DNA of 64,000 bases from Podarcis filfolensis (Eukaryota). Shown here in pieces: positions 1 to 13,700 of the stretch. The stretch's first letter is position 1. Each line of letters begins with the position of its first letter. The notes beneath the pieces are model-generated. The model did not search any database. It was not told the origin of the DNA and was given only the letters and a program-made list of their open reading frames with translations. The stretch is taken from the NCBI GenBank assembly GCA_964270895.1, contig OZ185437.1; one strand, 5' to 3'. The position numbers were made by a program, and so were the translations under genes.

Positions 1-926
1 TTGGGGAGGATCCATTCTTGAGACCTGTTCTTAGAAGCTGGAATTCCCCTAGTGCAAGGACCAGGACTTTGCTAGAGGCAAATCCTCGCCATTGTTTTAT
101 TGCCAGGATGAAAAGGAGCAGGCTGACACATTGTGGCAAAATGAATGAACTGCAAACACTTCAGATGTTCTTCAAGCAAGAAAGTGATGAATCAAATTAA
201 GTATTCCCCCTCCCTCCCTACTCCTCCAAACTACAAAATAAATCCTAAGAGGGAGAATAATATTTCTGTTGTCATGATTTTGCTAGTCAGATGCAGATTA
301 GAAAATCTGATGCCAAAACCCCTCCAACTATATGCAAAATTGTCAGTTATTTGTTGTCTGTTACGTTCACTGCTATATGCATTTTAATGCATACTCTCTT
401 CCAATATTGGTTGGAGAACTGCCTCTCAATATTTGGATAAGTGTGAATTTCACAGGACAGCTATATTTGCATTCATGTGTTGTATTGGAAAATGTGAATT
501 AAGTGTGAGAACCAAACCAAGTTCCTTCCCCATCCCTACTCATGAGTAAATCCCACCAAGTTCATTGTGGCTTCCTCCATAGTAAGTCTGTTCAGGATTG
601 CAGGCATCATCAATCAACTAGATAAGCACTGAGCCAATTCCAAGATGGCGCAAATCCCTTCTCATTCTGTAATCCAGCCAAAATAATAATCTCATGGTGG
701 ATTCTTGAATTTAAAAATTGGAACTCAATTCAGATAAGGAAACCTATGAGATATGAGATACTTTGGAATACCTGGTCTTGGGAGGGTGGTACTGCAGCCA
801 TGTCTTGCTTTGTGAGCTGCTCAGAGGCATTTCATTGGACGCTACTGAAACAGAGTGCTGAAGCCCATGAGCCATTATTTGAACATTCATTTTACTGAAG
901 TGATTCTAAATCCCTTGGGGAGAGTG

Positions 927-965
927 GTGTGTGTGTGTGTGTGTGTGCGTGCGTGCGTGCGTGTG
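927..965. repeat. (GT)n/(GCGT)n microsatellite
   Basis: Direct read. Confidence 0.9.
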
Positions 966-2026
966 CACAGTAGACCCATGCTTTCATGTTCCTGTGCCAG
1001 CTGACCTCCATGAATTGAAGAACAAAACTCTGGATTTGGAGGTCCTCTGAACTCATGCAAGTTCCCTGTGCGAAATTCCCCCCCCCCCCGAATATTCACA
1101 GTTCTAAATCACACAGGGCGCCTGTACAGAAGGCTCCTTACTATAGACCTTCCCCTTACAACTCAGCATGCAGGCAAACACTGGTGGGACTAGACAGCAG
1201 GCCTCCACCTTGATATGAGCAAACTGAATGCTTAAATAGAGCCCTGCTGAGCAGCATAATAGTAGGACATTGAATGAGCAAAACTTGAATGAGCGAGAAA
1301 AATTCTCAGGGATCATTCACACCCCAGCCAACACCTCTTTAATCTTCTACCCTCGAGCAGGAGATATAGAAGTATAATCAGTCATACCAACAGGTTAAAA
1401 AACAGTTTCTATCCATGGGCTGTTAGGCTGCTGAAGGGAAAATAATATAGTGCAACTGACTTTCGGGGTTGGTGTGTTGTGTGACAAGCACACAGAGTGC
1501 AATGAGATTGAGTGTTTGGGGGGGGAGGCTTGGTTAATTTCATTGTACACAGGTTGTACATTGACAATAAAGGTATTATTATTGGTGTTGCCAGAGGTGC
1601 CTTTTTCTCATTTTCATTTTCAACCTCCTGGCAACAGTATTGGTGTTGATGGGCATGAGAAGGCTCTCAGCCAAGTCACGGATAATGATGGGAGTTCCCC
1701 CATCTGTATATTCGCTTCTGTGTGCCTTCTCCAAGAATGTAGACAGTTGTTCTTTCTCCAAGACAATCATATGGCTTGGGCATCCCAGGCAGACCCCTCC
1801 TTTCACTCCACAAACCCAAACTGATCCTGAGGAGACATAGAAACTGTCTGAGTGTACCCAATGAGAGGATCTTAAACTGGGAGAAGGTATGAAAGATTAG
1901 GTAATGCTTAGAAGGCACAACTTTGAGAAACTTGGTTCCCAAGTCTTGCCTTTTCTGGACCAAGATAATTGCATTGTTCTGATTTGTTGCTTCCTGATGT
2001 CCATATTGATTCTTCTTTGCAAATAG

Positions 2027-2205
2027 TTTGTGTTGCAGTATGGAAAAACCACCACATGAGAACAGTCACCAATTACTTCATAGTCAACCTCTCCCTAGCT
2101 GACGTCCTTGTCACCATCACTTGTCTTCCAGCAACGTTAGTGGTGGATATCACCGAGACGTGGTTCCTTGGGGACAGCCTGTGCAAGGTGATCCCTTATT
2201 TGCAG
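2027..2205 (+). CDS. HCRTR2: HCRTR2 coding exon 2 (TM1 end-TM2-ECL1)
   Basis: aaatag|TTTGTGTTGCA ... TATTTGCAG|gtatt; 179 nt; (V)CVAVWKNHHMRTVTNYFIVNLSLADVLV...KVIPYLQ. Confidence 0.97.
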
Positions 2206-4388
2206 GTATTGTTTTCCAGGTTGGGGGGGGAGGGGCGGGCTACACTTTAATATAAATATGTATAGTGTTATGCATTGAGATCAGGTGCCTGACCCCTCTA
2301 ATCCCTGGATCCAGCAAGTGTTAAAAGTTAATTAAACCTTCTAATTCTGGGAAATAGCCAAACTAGCTTCCTGGCGAGGTGATGGGGGATTAAGAGGCTC
2401 AGTGCAAGACAGCAAATGGATCCCTCAACAGAAAAAGGCAGAGTTGTGTCAGGAATGATTGGTGGGTGCTAGAAGAGATAAAACTCGGGGCATCCAGCCA
2501 GTTTTATAGGTTTATTTTGGTCCATTCTTCTATTTACACACAGAGCTCTCAGAGCATTTCCGGCTCATTGGAATCAGATGCAGCAACTGTTTGCTGCTTT
2601 TGTTTTCCCCAGCATAACCACTTCCGGAGCCCTCCCCTTTTCCTTCCTCTGTTACGTGAGGAGCTAAGCCCCAGAAATTGCTCCACCCTCTCTGATTCAT
2701 TGCTTCCTGACAACCCTTCGTCGTCCTCCTCCCCTGATCAGGTACCACTACTAATGATCGAAGGCTTATCTCTGTATTTCCCCATCATTTCCCCCTTCTC
2801 AGCCCCCAGTTCCCTGACAAGTTGGGAGCAGAGGTAGCAATGGTGTAAAAACAGCAAACTGGGAGAGGACAGACAGAGCAATGTTTGGTGCCTGTTTACA
2901 ATCCAATGCTGCAGCTATGGGAGAAACAAGGCCCTCTTGGGGTGTTTACGGATTCGTCTCCTTTATATCCAAAACTCTCCCTTCGTTTTATTGGCCTTCT
3001 TCCACATCACTCCATCATGGAATTTCTCCCACCCCAACAGGACTTTCCTCAAAAGCACCTGCTTTAGTGCATCCTTTCATTAAATATAATGTTACACGCC
3101 ACCCCAAACTCCAGAGCAGTGTGAGATTCCAAGCACAAATTTCCCACCTGGGCCTGTGTTTCATTGGGAAAATGAAGCACGGTGAAGACTGTGGTTTCTT
3201 TATGATATATGGGTTTATTTACACACATATACACACAACTTGAGCCTGCGGGGGGGGGGGGGCGGTCCCCAGCATTACACTCCAAGGGGGTTTTACCTTC
3301 TCCAGAAGCACAGCATTTGATTCAACAGACACTAGCCATTTTTCTCTGCCTCCTACACTTTTGCTTGTCACTGCCATTCCAGAAAGTGGTGGTAGAGGAT
3401 GAGTGTTCAAACCCCTGGGCTCTCACTTGTAGGGTGCCTCAGGGTTCCGTCCTCTCCCCCATGCTTTTTAACATCTACATGCAGCTGCTGGGAGAGATAA
3501 TCAGGGGGTTTGGGCTGGGTGTCCATCAATATGCGGATGATACCCAGCTCTACCTCTCTTTTAAATCAGAACCAGTGAAGGTCCTATGTGAGTGTCTGGA
3601 GGCAGTTGGAGGATAGATGGCAGCTAACGGATTGAGGTTGAATCCTGACAAGGCAGAAGTACTGTTATTGGGGTACAGGGGGCTGGCAGGTGTGGAGGAC
3701 TCCCTGATCCTGAATGGAGTAACTGTGCCCCTGAAGGACCAGGTGCGCAGCCTGGGAAGTCATTTTGGACTCACAGCTGTCCATGGAGGTGCAGGTTAAT
3801 TCTGTGTCCAGGTCCATCTGGTAGGCTGAGACCCTACCTGCCCGCAGACTGTCTTGCCAGAGTGGTCCACCTGGACGACTGCAATGTGCTCTACGTGGGG
3901 CTACGTTTGAAGGTGACCTGGAAACAGCAATTAATCCAGAATGCGGCAGCTAGACTGGTGACTGGGAGTGGCCACCAAGACCATATAACACTGGTCCTGA
4001 AAGATCTTCATTGGCTCCCAGTACATTTCTGAGCACAATTCAAAGTGTTGGTGCTGACCTTTAAAACCCTAAACGGCCTCGGTCCAGTATATCTGAAGGA
4101 GCGTCTCCTCCCCCATCGTTCTGCCCAGACACTGAGGTCCAGTGCTGAGGGCCTTCTGGCACTACCCTCACTGCGAGAAGTGAGGTTACAGGGAACCAGG
4201 CAGAGGGCCTTCTCGGTAGTGGTGCCTGCTCTGTGGAGCACCCTCCCAGCAGATGTCAAGGCAATAAACAACTATTTTACTTTTAAAAGACAACTTTAGG
4301 GAAGTTTTTATTGTCTGATGCTGTATTGTTTTTAATATTTGGTTGGAAGCCGCCACCAACCCAGCAAGATGGGCTGGGTATAAATAAA

Positions 4389-4438
<50 letters not shown>

Positions 4439-7400
4439 CCACTTCACTCTATTTCTGGCCCACATTACTTCCCCTCCCTTCTCTAAGATCTTGGCTTTTA
4501 TCTCTCCAGTCAAAGGGGCTTATTTCTTTGCACTCTATGGTAAGTTTCTTCAATCCCTTATACTGTAGGTGCTAATGACTCATTGCTAACACCTCACTTG
4601 CGGTAGGCCAGTTCTGACTTAATTAGCTCCAACACTTGGATTAATTAAAGGATTAGCAAGATCTAGCATGGCTCAAATACACACTTGATTGATACTAAAT
4701 ACATATGAGTCTGGCCATTTCCTGTCTGATACTCCAGACTTAAATTAAAACCTACCACTAGCTTAATCTGGAATTTAGTGTGTCTTGCACTCCCAGATTC
4801 ATAACAAGAATGTGCTTTAAAAAAACAAAAAACTGCCTTTCATTTGCAGATGACTGGCACTCCAGATGGCATTTACCTAACCAATCCTGTGCAAAGACTT
4901 CTCTCTCCTCCTCCTATGCACCCCACCCCCCAAATAAATTGGGTATGGGAGTCAGGAAAAACCCCTAAACAGCACATAGGTGGTCCATTCCTTTGCTTTT
5001 AACAGGACTGAGAGGTGACTTTTGTTAGCTGGATTGTGCCCATGAAGGGGAAAGTTAATGTGATTCTGAAAGGATCGTTAAAAGTGCCAAAGCAACATTT
5101 CCCTCCTCCTTGTTTTTACTGATGCTTTGTGCCCTTCTGTTCCTTTTCCCCCTTCCTAGACTGTGTCGGTCTCTGTTTCCGTGCTAACCCTGAGTTGCAT
5201 CGCCCTGGATCGATGGTATGCAATTTGTCACCCTTTGATGTTTAAAAGCACAGCCAAGCGGGCCAGGAACAGCATTATCATTATCTGGATTGTCTCCTGC
5301 ATTATAATGATCCCCCAGGCGTTTGTCATGGAGTGCAGCCATGTCTTGCCAGCATTAGCCAACAAAACCATCTTATTCACGGTTTGCGATGAACGCTGGG
5401 GAGGTGAGTATTTTTCACCATGGGACTGGAATTGCCCACATGGACATTATGGAAGGAAAACTATACAGTTAACAAACCCACCTTATCTCCTGAATTATTG
5501 GGTATTGGTTGAAACCAGGACTTTACATGATCTTCTCTGGCACTGGCTTTTAGCTGCCTTTAATCTCTAACTGGATTTCTTAGGTACAAGCAGTAGCAGT
5601 CAGTGAGGTGGAGTGGGTGGGTCAGGATTGCTTGTGTTGTTTCCTATAACTGAGGGGGGGCAAGGTAGGAGGGAGGTCTCTGTGGTGTGGACGCAGCAGC
5701 GGGAGCATCAGATTGGTTCCACCACTGCATTCACACAATGCTGACCTCCTCACTGGCTCCACCCTTCTCCTGTATGTCTCAGTTACCAGAAATGATCTCT
5801 ACATTGCGAAACTAGGGGAGCTGTGCTCCACCCCACTGACCAGCACTGCTGGGTACAAATGTTGGGTACAATGTGGTTACTGTTAAGAGGAAAGCTCTCT
5901 ACAGCCCAGAAGGGTGCCCTTTGACACCTATGTTGGTGTCTGTGTTGGGCCTATATTGTGCCTATGTTGACATAGCTTATGACTTGAAGATGTGAACATA
6001 GAAACATGGGAGGAGTCTGCTGTTTTCACAGGAACTGGTCAGGTGCCTATGGGAAACATGAAAACACTCTCTCCCTCCCAACCACCACCTCATCTGTGAA
6101 TTTCACAGGCCTTTAGATAGCCCAAAATAACCAGAGGTATCACCAGAATAACCAAGGGTAACTGGATACCTTAAGGACTGCCATCTTCCACAAGACCTTG
6201 CAAGCCCATGCATTCAGAGCAGTTTCAGAAGCACATCAGAAGGTGGCATACAAATAAAATGACTGATCATTTGGATGGTCTCTGTGTCTCCCTGCCATTA
6301 GAAGTCAGGTGAAGATAGGGCCTTTTCAATGGTGGCACTCCACCTTTGGAATTCCCTCTCCTAGGAGGTGTGCTTGGGGCCAAGGAGGAACTCTTCTTGG
6401 CTTTGGCATTTTTATTTCCCCAGGCCTTTGGGTTTTTGGTGTGTGGAAGACAGGAGTGCCTGGCATGCTCTGGTCCATGGGGTCACAAAGAGTCGGACAC
6501 AACTAAACGACTTAACAACAACAAATGTATTACTTCTGCTGTTTGCTATGCATTTACTATTTACTTTGTTTTGCTATTGTGGTTTTAATTTACTTTGGAC
6601 TGTCAGGGGATTGAATGATTGGATTCTTCAGCAGCACACACACAAAAGGCACGTTACATATAGAAAAAACAGTATGTGAAGGAAAAGATTGAACCCTTTA
6701 TCCATTTGCTTGGAAGTCAGTCCTGCTGACACCACAGCGACCTCAGCTTTTAAGTCTCCCCTTGCTCCTTATTTCCCGATTGGCCAATCCGAGAGGAAGA
6801 AATTTCTCCATCCCTGCCAGAAGGCGGTGTCAAGCATACTTTCACTTCCCTGGAAGAATATTAGAATTAATTTGCTTTTCAGGCTCCCAGAGATGAGTTC
6901 TGTGAGGAAGCTGAAATGTCTCTACTTTTCCAGTGCTCCATTTTCCAGCTATGGCGGTCAACAAGGTTCAGTTGGTGGCGATACTTAGACCAAAGTCAAT
7001 AATACCTCACAATTTCCTGTTGGGAATGCATGGGACTGGCAACGGGATCCCAACTCAACATGGAACACAACCTAGCAAAAAGGATTTCCCCTTTAGGGGC
7101 ATGCCCTGATTTGCTTGATCATAGTATCACAAAACAGGGTCTGCAGTTACATGATCAGCATGTAGTAACTGTTGGGCCATGAGTTCACCACCAGCCTCAC
7201 ATATGCACAGGCAATCACACAGCTGAATCAAGGCACTGAGAGCCATTCAGCAATTTCACCGATGCTTTAACACAGCACCCAGCAGCTAAGGATTTGGGTT
7301 CCTTGATGACGAAACCTTCAGCTCTCTCACACTCCTACCCACCCTGTCAGTCAGATGTAATAATTGCTACATTGGTGGAATCTTTAGTTCTACTTAAAGC

Positions 7401-8706
7401 ACAAAGGTCCTTAAGCAACTGTTATGTGAAGTATGTGCCCTGGGTTTTCTTTGAAGTTCTGCCTCCAAATGCATCCCCGCCCTGATTGAGACCACTTCAA
7501 AGGAAAAGGCTCGTTCTTCGTCCATCTTGATCCATCATCGACTTGTACACAGCCTGGCAGCTTCTACATTTTTCTCCCTTTTTTTAAAAAGAAAAGAAAA
7601 GCTAAAGATGTTAAATTAGAAGCCATAAACCTCCAATGGTTGTTGAAATAAATGCTGCAATTATACTTGCACTATGCTGCCTGAAGGTCACCGTGCAGGC
7701 AGGTGGTGGCTCTTTATGAGCTTTCTTGAGTCCTGCCGGTTGAGAGCTCAAATACTTAAGATAATGGTAATTTCCCCTGCAGTAAAATTTCAATTACAGT
7801 TCTGGCTCCCTGACACAGCAATGTTTCTTTTCAGACCTAGAAAGTTACTGAACCTTCTTATATATTCGGTGCACTAAGAGAAAAACGACTCCATCTGGTT
7901 CATGTGATACAGATTTACCCAGATAACATCACAGTTGCAGATGCTGGAAACGGGTAATTCATGCATATTTATAGAACCCTTGGGAGATTCACACCATTGA
8001 AGAATTCTGTACAAAGCACTTAAAGCAGGACTACCAACCACCCAGTACTTCACTGGTCTGACCATTAGGAGGTAACAGGCACTGGGCTTCAAAAGCCTGT
8101 GACCTCCCAATTCTGTCTGGCACCACCCCATAACCTGCTATATGTATTGGCTGGCTTTTTCCACAACTCATCAGATTTGCTGTGGCTCAACCCCTTATAT
8201 GCCAGATTCCATCCTAGATCTTCACCTCACAGTTCAATACTTTTCCTGACTCCACAAGGTTCTGACCAGGCTGCAAGTGGTGAAAGTAGAGTGGTAGTCC
8301 AGTCCAGTCCAGTCCAGTGGTAGAGCATCTGCTTTGCATGCAGAAGGTCCTTGGCTCAGTCCTCAACATCTCTAGGTAGAGTTGGAAGAGACCTCCTGTC
8401 TGCAACCCCAGAAAGCTGCTACCAGTCAACATCAACAATACTGTAGATGGACCAGTGGAAGAAAGCTTCCTGTGTTCCTAACAATCCTAGCTGGCCTTCT
8501 GCCCCTTACCCCAGGGGGCCAACAATTTTGGAAATCTAAGCTTCACAACCTTGATTTCAAGGTTGCTCTCCATTGTTTTCTACATCCTCATCTTTTAGCA
8601 AGGTCTTCAGGCGATGGCGTAACCAATGCCTTTGGATGGCTAGGTGCTTCCAAATGCTTCTGAACATTAGTTTAGCAATCTTGTCAGCTGCAAAGTCAAA
8701 GGGATT

Positions 8707-8757
<51 letters not shown>

Positions 8758-10727
8758 CAAACCTATCCTTTCTTAAGGAAATCAGCCCTGAGTGCTCACT
8801 GGAAGGACAGATCCTGAAGCTGAGGCTCCAATACTTTGGCCACCTCATGAGAAGAGAAGACTCCCTGGAAAAGACCCTGATGTTGGGAAAGTTGGAGGGC
8901 ACAAGGAGAAGGGGACAACAGAGGACGAGATGGTTGGACAGTGTTCTCGAAGCTACCAGCATGAGTTTGACCAAACTGCGGGAGGCAGTGGAAGACAGGA
9001 GTGCCTGGTGTGCTCTGGTCCATGGGGTCACGAAGTGTGAAACACCCTACCCTAAAGGATTTTCACCACATGCAAAACATGCTAGGATCTGAGTGGCCTT
9101 GGTTAATAATGTGCTTGGAATGTTTTGGAGGAAAGGCTCCTGTTTTGAAACGATCCTATCTATTCAGCCCTTTAATTTTACAATATGTTTGTTGCATGCA
9201 TTAACAATTACATAGCAACTAACAACTTCAAATGAGCGCACGTAGAGAAGATCAAAAGAGATGTTATTCAAGTCCTTTTTGGTTTTCTTTGCAGCTGAAG
9301 TCTACCCCAAAATGTATCACACTTGTTTTTTCCTGGTTACATATATGGCCCCACTGTGTCTGATGGTGTTGGCCTACCTACAGATATTTCAAAAGCTATG
9401 GTGCCGGCAGGTAAGCTTATTTTGCTGTGAGATCCATCTGTGTGATCCATTTCATGATGCCTCTTAAAGACTGACATATTTATGTATTTCAGTAATGGAC
9501 ACAAAAATATATTAATGGTACAGAGTAGAATAATTGTGTATAATTCACATGCAAGCAATCTTTCACCAAAAAAGGAACACCATGTTGTCCAAAACCATCC
9601 AAGCATATGAACTGATATAGCAAAGTAAGTGTTTGCATCCAGTCCACAAATTCTTAGCTTACATTTTCACTCTAAAGAGCTGAAATGAAATTATTCCTGC
9701 TAAGATAGGATCATTTTCTTCCCTGGCTCTTAGTTTACATTTGGATGAAGGCTTGATAAAAGAAATGGAAAAATCACCTAGAACAGAGAAAGAAAAATGT
9801 TGTAAACATTTCAGAAACATTTACATTGCACTTCGGCATGATACATATTATGTTTTCTTGTTTCTTATTTCTGTTGATAGAGTAGATTTAATACATTAGC
9901 AGAAGCTGTTTCTACTTCCACTCATGGAAAATAACATATCTCTGTTTTTCAAGTGCAGTTGCCAAAGTGAACAAGGTGTTATATTAAGGAGAATTAACAC
10001 AGCAAGCCTACTTAACACCTATTAGCTAGTGTGATTTGACTCTTTGCTCAGGTACGTCACATCAAGTAGAGCAGGTGTATCATAGTGGCTTTTTAATATC
10101 ATTGGAAATTGTGCACAATTGGGCACAATTTTTCAGTGATATTAGACCTCATTAAGAGGACCAGTTGCTCATCGGTTATCCCTTGTATTTGCCAACTTGA
10201 TTTTTTTTATTCATAAAAAAGTTCCATATTTTGGACCAATAATCTCTCTGAACATGTTTATGAATCTTTGGCTAAATTAGCAATATGCTCCCATAAACTA
10301 GATCCTTAGGTGTGTCTTATGGGTGCGCTACAGTAGTATAGCAGGTATTAAGTTTAAATTTGCTAAATTTGTAACCCAATTTTACAAAGCCATATACAAA
10401 AGAAAATCAAAATAAAAATGCAACCAATACAATACAATACAATTTAAAATATCATTTTAAAATTCTGCTTTTAATACTCCTAGACGAACCATCATCAGAC
10501 AAAATGTCACACAAAGCACCTAAGTTGCAAGGTGGCCATCTGTTACCTCCTAGTTTTCATCAATTCAGCATCTTTACTGAGTTCCCTCTTCAGGTCTCTC
10601 TTATATCTAACAAAAGGGGGTTCACATTCAGAATGGAGATGCATAAGCAAAATGAACACAATTCTGGAAAGGCATCTTTCATTTCAGCCATAGAAAAGAG
10701 ATTGCATTGAAATCAACATGTGTGTCT

Positions 10728-10774
<47 letters not shown>

Positions 10775-13700
10775 CTCTGGGCCAGTGAGCCTAACAGATT
10801 TTCCCTTTGGGCAAATGGAAATAATTAACATTCCCTTTACTATGCTCTGCTAGATTCCAGGAACTTCATCTGTGATTCAGAGAAAGTGGAAGCCTCTGCA
10901 ATCCACAGCACAAACCCAAAGGCAGAAGCCATCGGCAAATTTCAGGATTAGTGCTGTGGCAGCCGAAATCAAACAAATCCAAACCCGGAGGAAAACAGCA
11001 CGTATGCTCATGGTCGTTCTCTTGGTTTTTGCCCTCTGCTATCTCCCAATTAGCATTCTCAATGTATTAAAAAGGTAACCTTAATACACAATGAGTAATA
11101 ATATGCATCTGTGTGTGATTTTCTAGTCTTTAGGTAGCAGGATGATTCCATTTTGCAGCTGACTAGCCCTATAGCAAAATTAGCATTTGTTTGTTTGTTT
11201 GTTTATCAACTGCCAAGTCAAAAAATATACAATAAAATAATTGGAACATAAAACTTTAAAATCATAAAGTCACAAACAAATGGTCAACAGTGACTCAGAT
11301 CTCTACAAAGTCTCAGGCAGAAATCCTTTCCAGTTCTGTCATGTGAAATCCTTATTTGCTGAAGATGTTGGAGACTGAACCTCGAACGTTCAGTGGACAA
11401 GAAATGAGCTTGAGCAATGAGTTATGGCCCGACCCTGGTATTAGCTTGTGGTTTTTAATTTTGCAGAAAGGCAGGCAAAACTGGAGCTGATGTGAACATG
11501 GCTGGCTTGACTAGTTGTCAACACAGTTGAGCAAGAAGTGTGGAAACACCTCTCTGCTCCTTCAGCTGCTGCTTAAGGCTCAGAAGCAGAGGAGAAGGAG
11601 AAAAGAGGCAGGGTGGTAGAACCTGCTTGAAGAACCAAAGGGTTCTGACCACAGCAAGCCCATGCTTGACATCTTGCAAGAGGCAACATTGGGAACAATC
11701 AAGAACTGCAGGATACACTTAAAGGCACTAGAGGGCACTCCAGTCTTAGGGACTTGAGTGAAGGGGCTTAGGTGAGTTTAGTGTTTCTCTGTAAACAGGA
11801 AATTAGAGCACAAGCAAATATTAATGTTGTCTCAGTGATAAGCCAGGTTCAAGAAAGAATAAGGAAAATAACAGAACTAGAGTATGCACACCCAGCAGAG
11901 GAGTGCAGCCTTGTACTGTGAGGGCAACCAAAGTAGCAAGATTCCACGTAACTTCTTGTCTCTAAGCAGGTCTCCTTGATCAGGGCTAGTGTGGTAAGGA
12001 CCAACATTTGCCTGGTCCAAGACCAGAACAACCCTTGTTCCCCCATCAGCACCACCATTCTCACTTTACACAGAGCATTCAGGCCAGAGGTGACCGGAAA
12101 TATTTCTCAGTGTGTGGTTATCTGAATCAAGGTGTGCGGTAAACTTTAGAAGTCACTTATAAAATTTGCACTCCCTTGGAGAACACGCACAGGCCCTTTC
12201 CTTTAATAATAATGAAAACACTGTGTCCTTGTGGTCCTCTGCATTTTGAGATACATATTCTGTGTACAAATCTTTCAAACTGAAAGCTAATTTGAGATTT
12301 AATCAGATTTCTAATGTCTTCTCATTTCTTCTCTTTTTGTAAGGGTGTTTGGGATGTTCAACAATGCCAATGACAGAGAAACAGTGTATGCCTGGTTTAC
12401 ATTCTCCCACTGGCTTGTATATGCAAATAGTGCAGCAAACCCAATTATTTATAACTTCCTCAGTGGTAAGTCGTTCAGTTCTGCTGCCTTTTATCAATGC
12501 CCCCCCTCCCCGCATGGTTTAGCTACACAGCTCAGAACTACTAGAAGTCTTTCATTCACTGTAATGGGCTCGAGCCCATGGAACTCTTTCCCAACTGAGA
12601 TTAGGCAGCCACCCTCCTTGTTACACTCCAGGCATGTGGCCAAGCCCTTTTTGTTCCAGCATTTTAAGACAGTGTTCCGTCTAACGATTAAAAAAAGGAA
12701 AAAGTTTTATTGCCCCATTGCTTTGTGTTCACCACTTAGGAATTTTGAACAATTACGCAGTATAGAAATGTCTTAAATAAAAAAAACAGTAAATAAATGA
12801 GCCTTTGGGCTTCCCTTATCTTCTTGTTGGGGGGTGGGAATATTTTGTGCCTCCAATTGGCTTCCCTGCTTTGAGTTTCAGGCTGATGCGTAATTTCCTA
12901 TCAGACTATCTGCTGGTGGCTGCCTGAGGGGGTTATGCTTGCACACTACCCTTGCTGCCAACATCAGGACAAGACAGATGAACTCCCTGTCTCTACTGGG
13001 TTTACTGGTAGAACATGAGACTCTTAATCTCAGTGTTGTGGGTTTGAGTCCCACATTGGGCGAAAGGTACCTGCACTGCCAGGGGGTTAGACTAGACGGT
13101 CCTTGTAGTCCCTTCCAACTCTATATTCTCTTCGCTACATGTGCCATGAATCCACCCATTTAACCAAGAGGGGGAATAATACTATGATTTTGCAATGAAC
13201 AGGTTTTTAATGAAGCTATGTCATTATCTCTTTGGGGTTTACCCTATGGTTACCAGATTTTTTCCAATGAATCCAGGGACCCCCCCTTTTTTTTTTGAAG
13301 CTGAGTAGCAACAGGGAGCCAGTAGTGGGGATGGTGAGGCAAAAGACCCTGGGCCCAAGCACACATGCATATTGCATAAAGGTGCAAAGCCCTTCTTTCC
13401 CACCCCGTGAAACATAAATGCACAGAGTTTTTTAAAAATTGGGCAACACCCCCCACCCCCAGCTCCCGAGCCTCCCCCGATCAGTCAAAACAAAGGGGGA
13501 AGGAGATCTGTACCGCCGGACGTCCCCGGTTCCCCTTTGGCAGTGGCAGCAGCAGCAGTCAGCAGCCCGGAGCCAGCCTGGTAGGGCTCTGGCTCTGGCT
13601 GGCTTCAGGAGCTGCTCATGGTCGTGACGCCCGCCATTTTTCCTCTCTAGAAGTCCCCATATGATGCACTGCACACAAGACACATCACATGGGGACTTCC

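Noticed and set aside
5404-5570. In-frame read-through of HCRTR2 exon 3
   Set aside because: Ordinary intron read-through past a consensus GTGAGT donor.
12466-12776. 143-aa ORF reading from HCRTR2 exon 6 into intron 6 (possible alternative C-tail)
   Set aside because: Exon 6 has a strong GTAAGT donor and a canonical last exon exists. The extension runs through L2-like debris and shows no recognisable helix 8.
12999-13073. Apparent tRNA-Lys gene
   Set aside because: The acceptor and D stems are degenerate and it is fused to a CR1-type tail, so it is a SINE rather than a functional tRNA.
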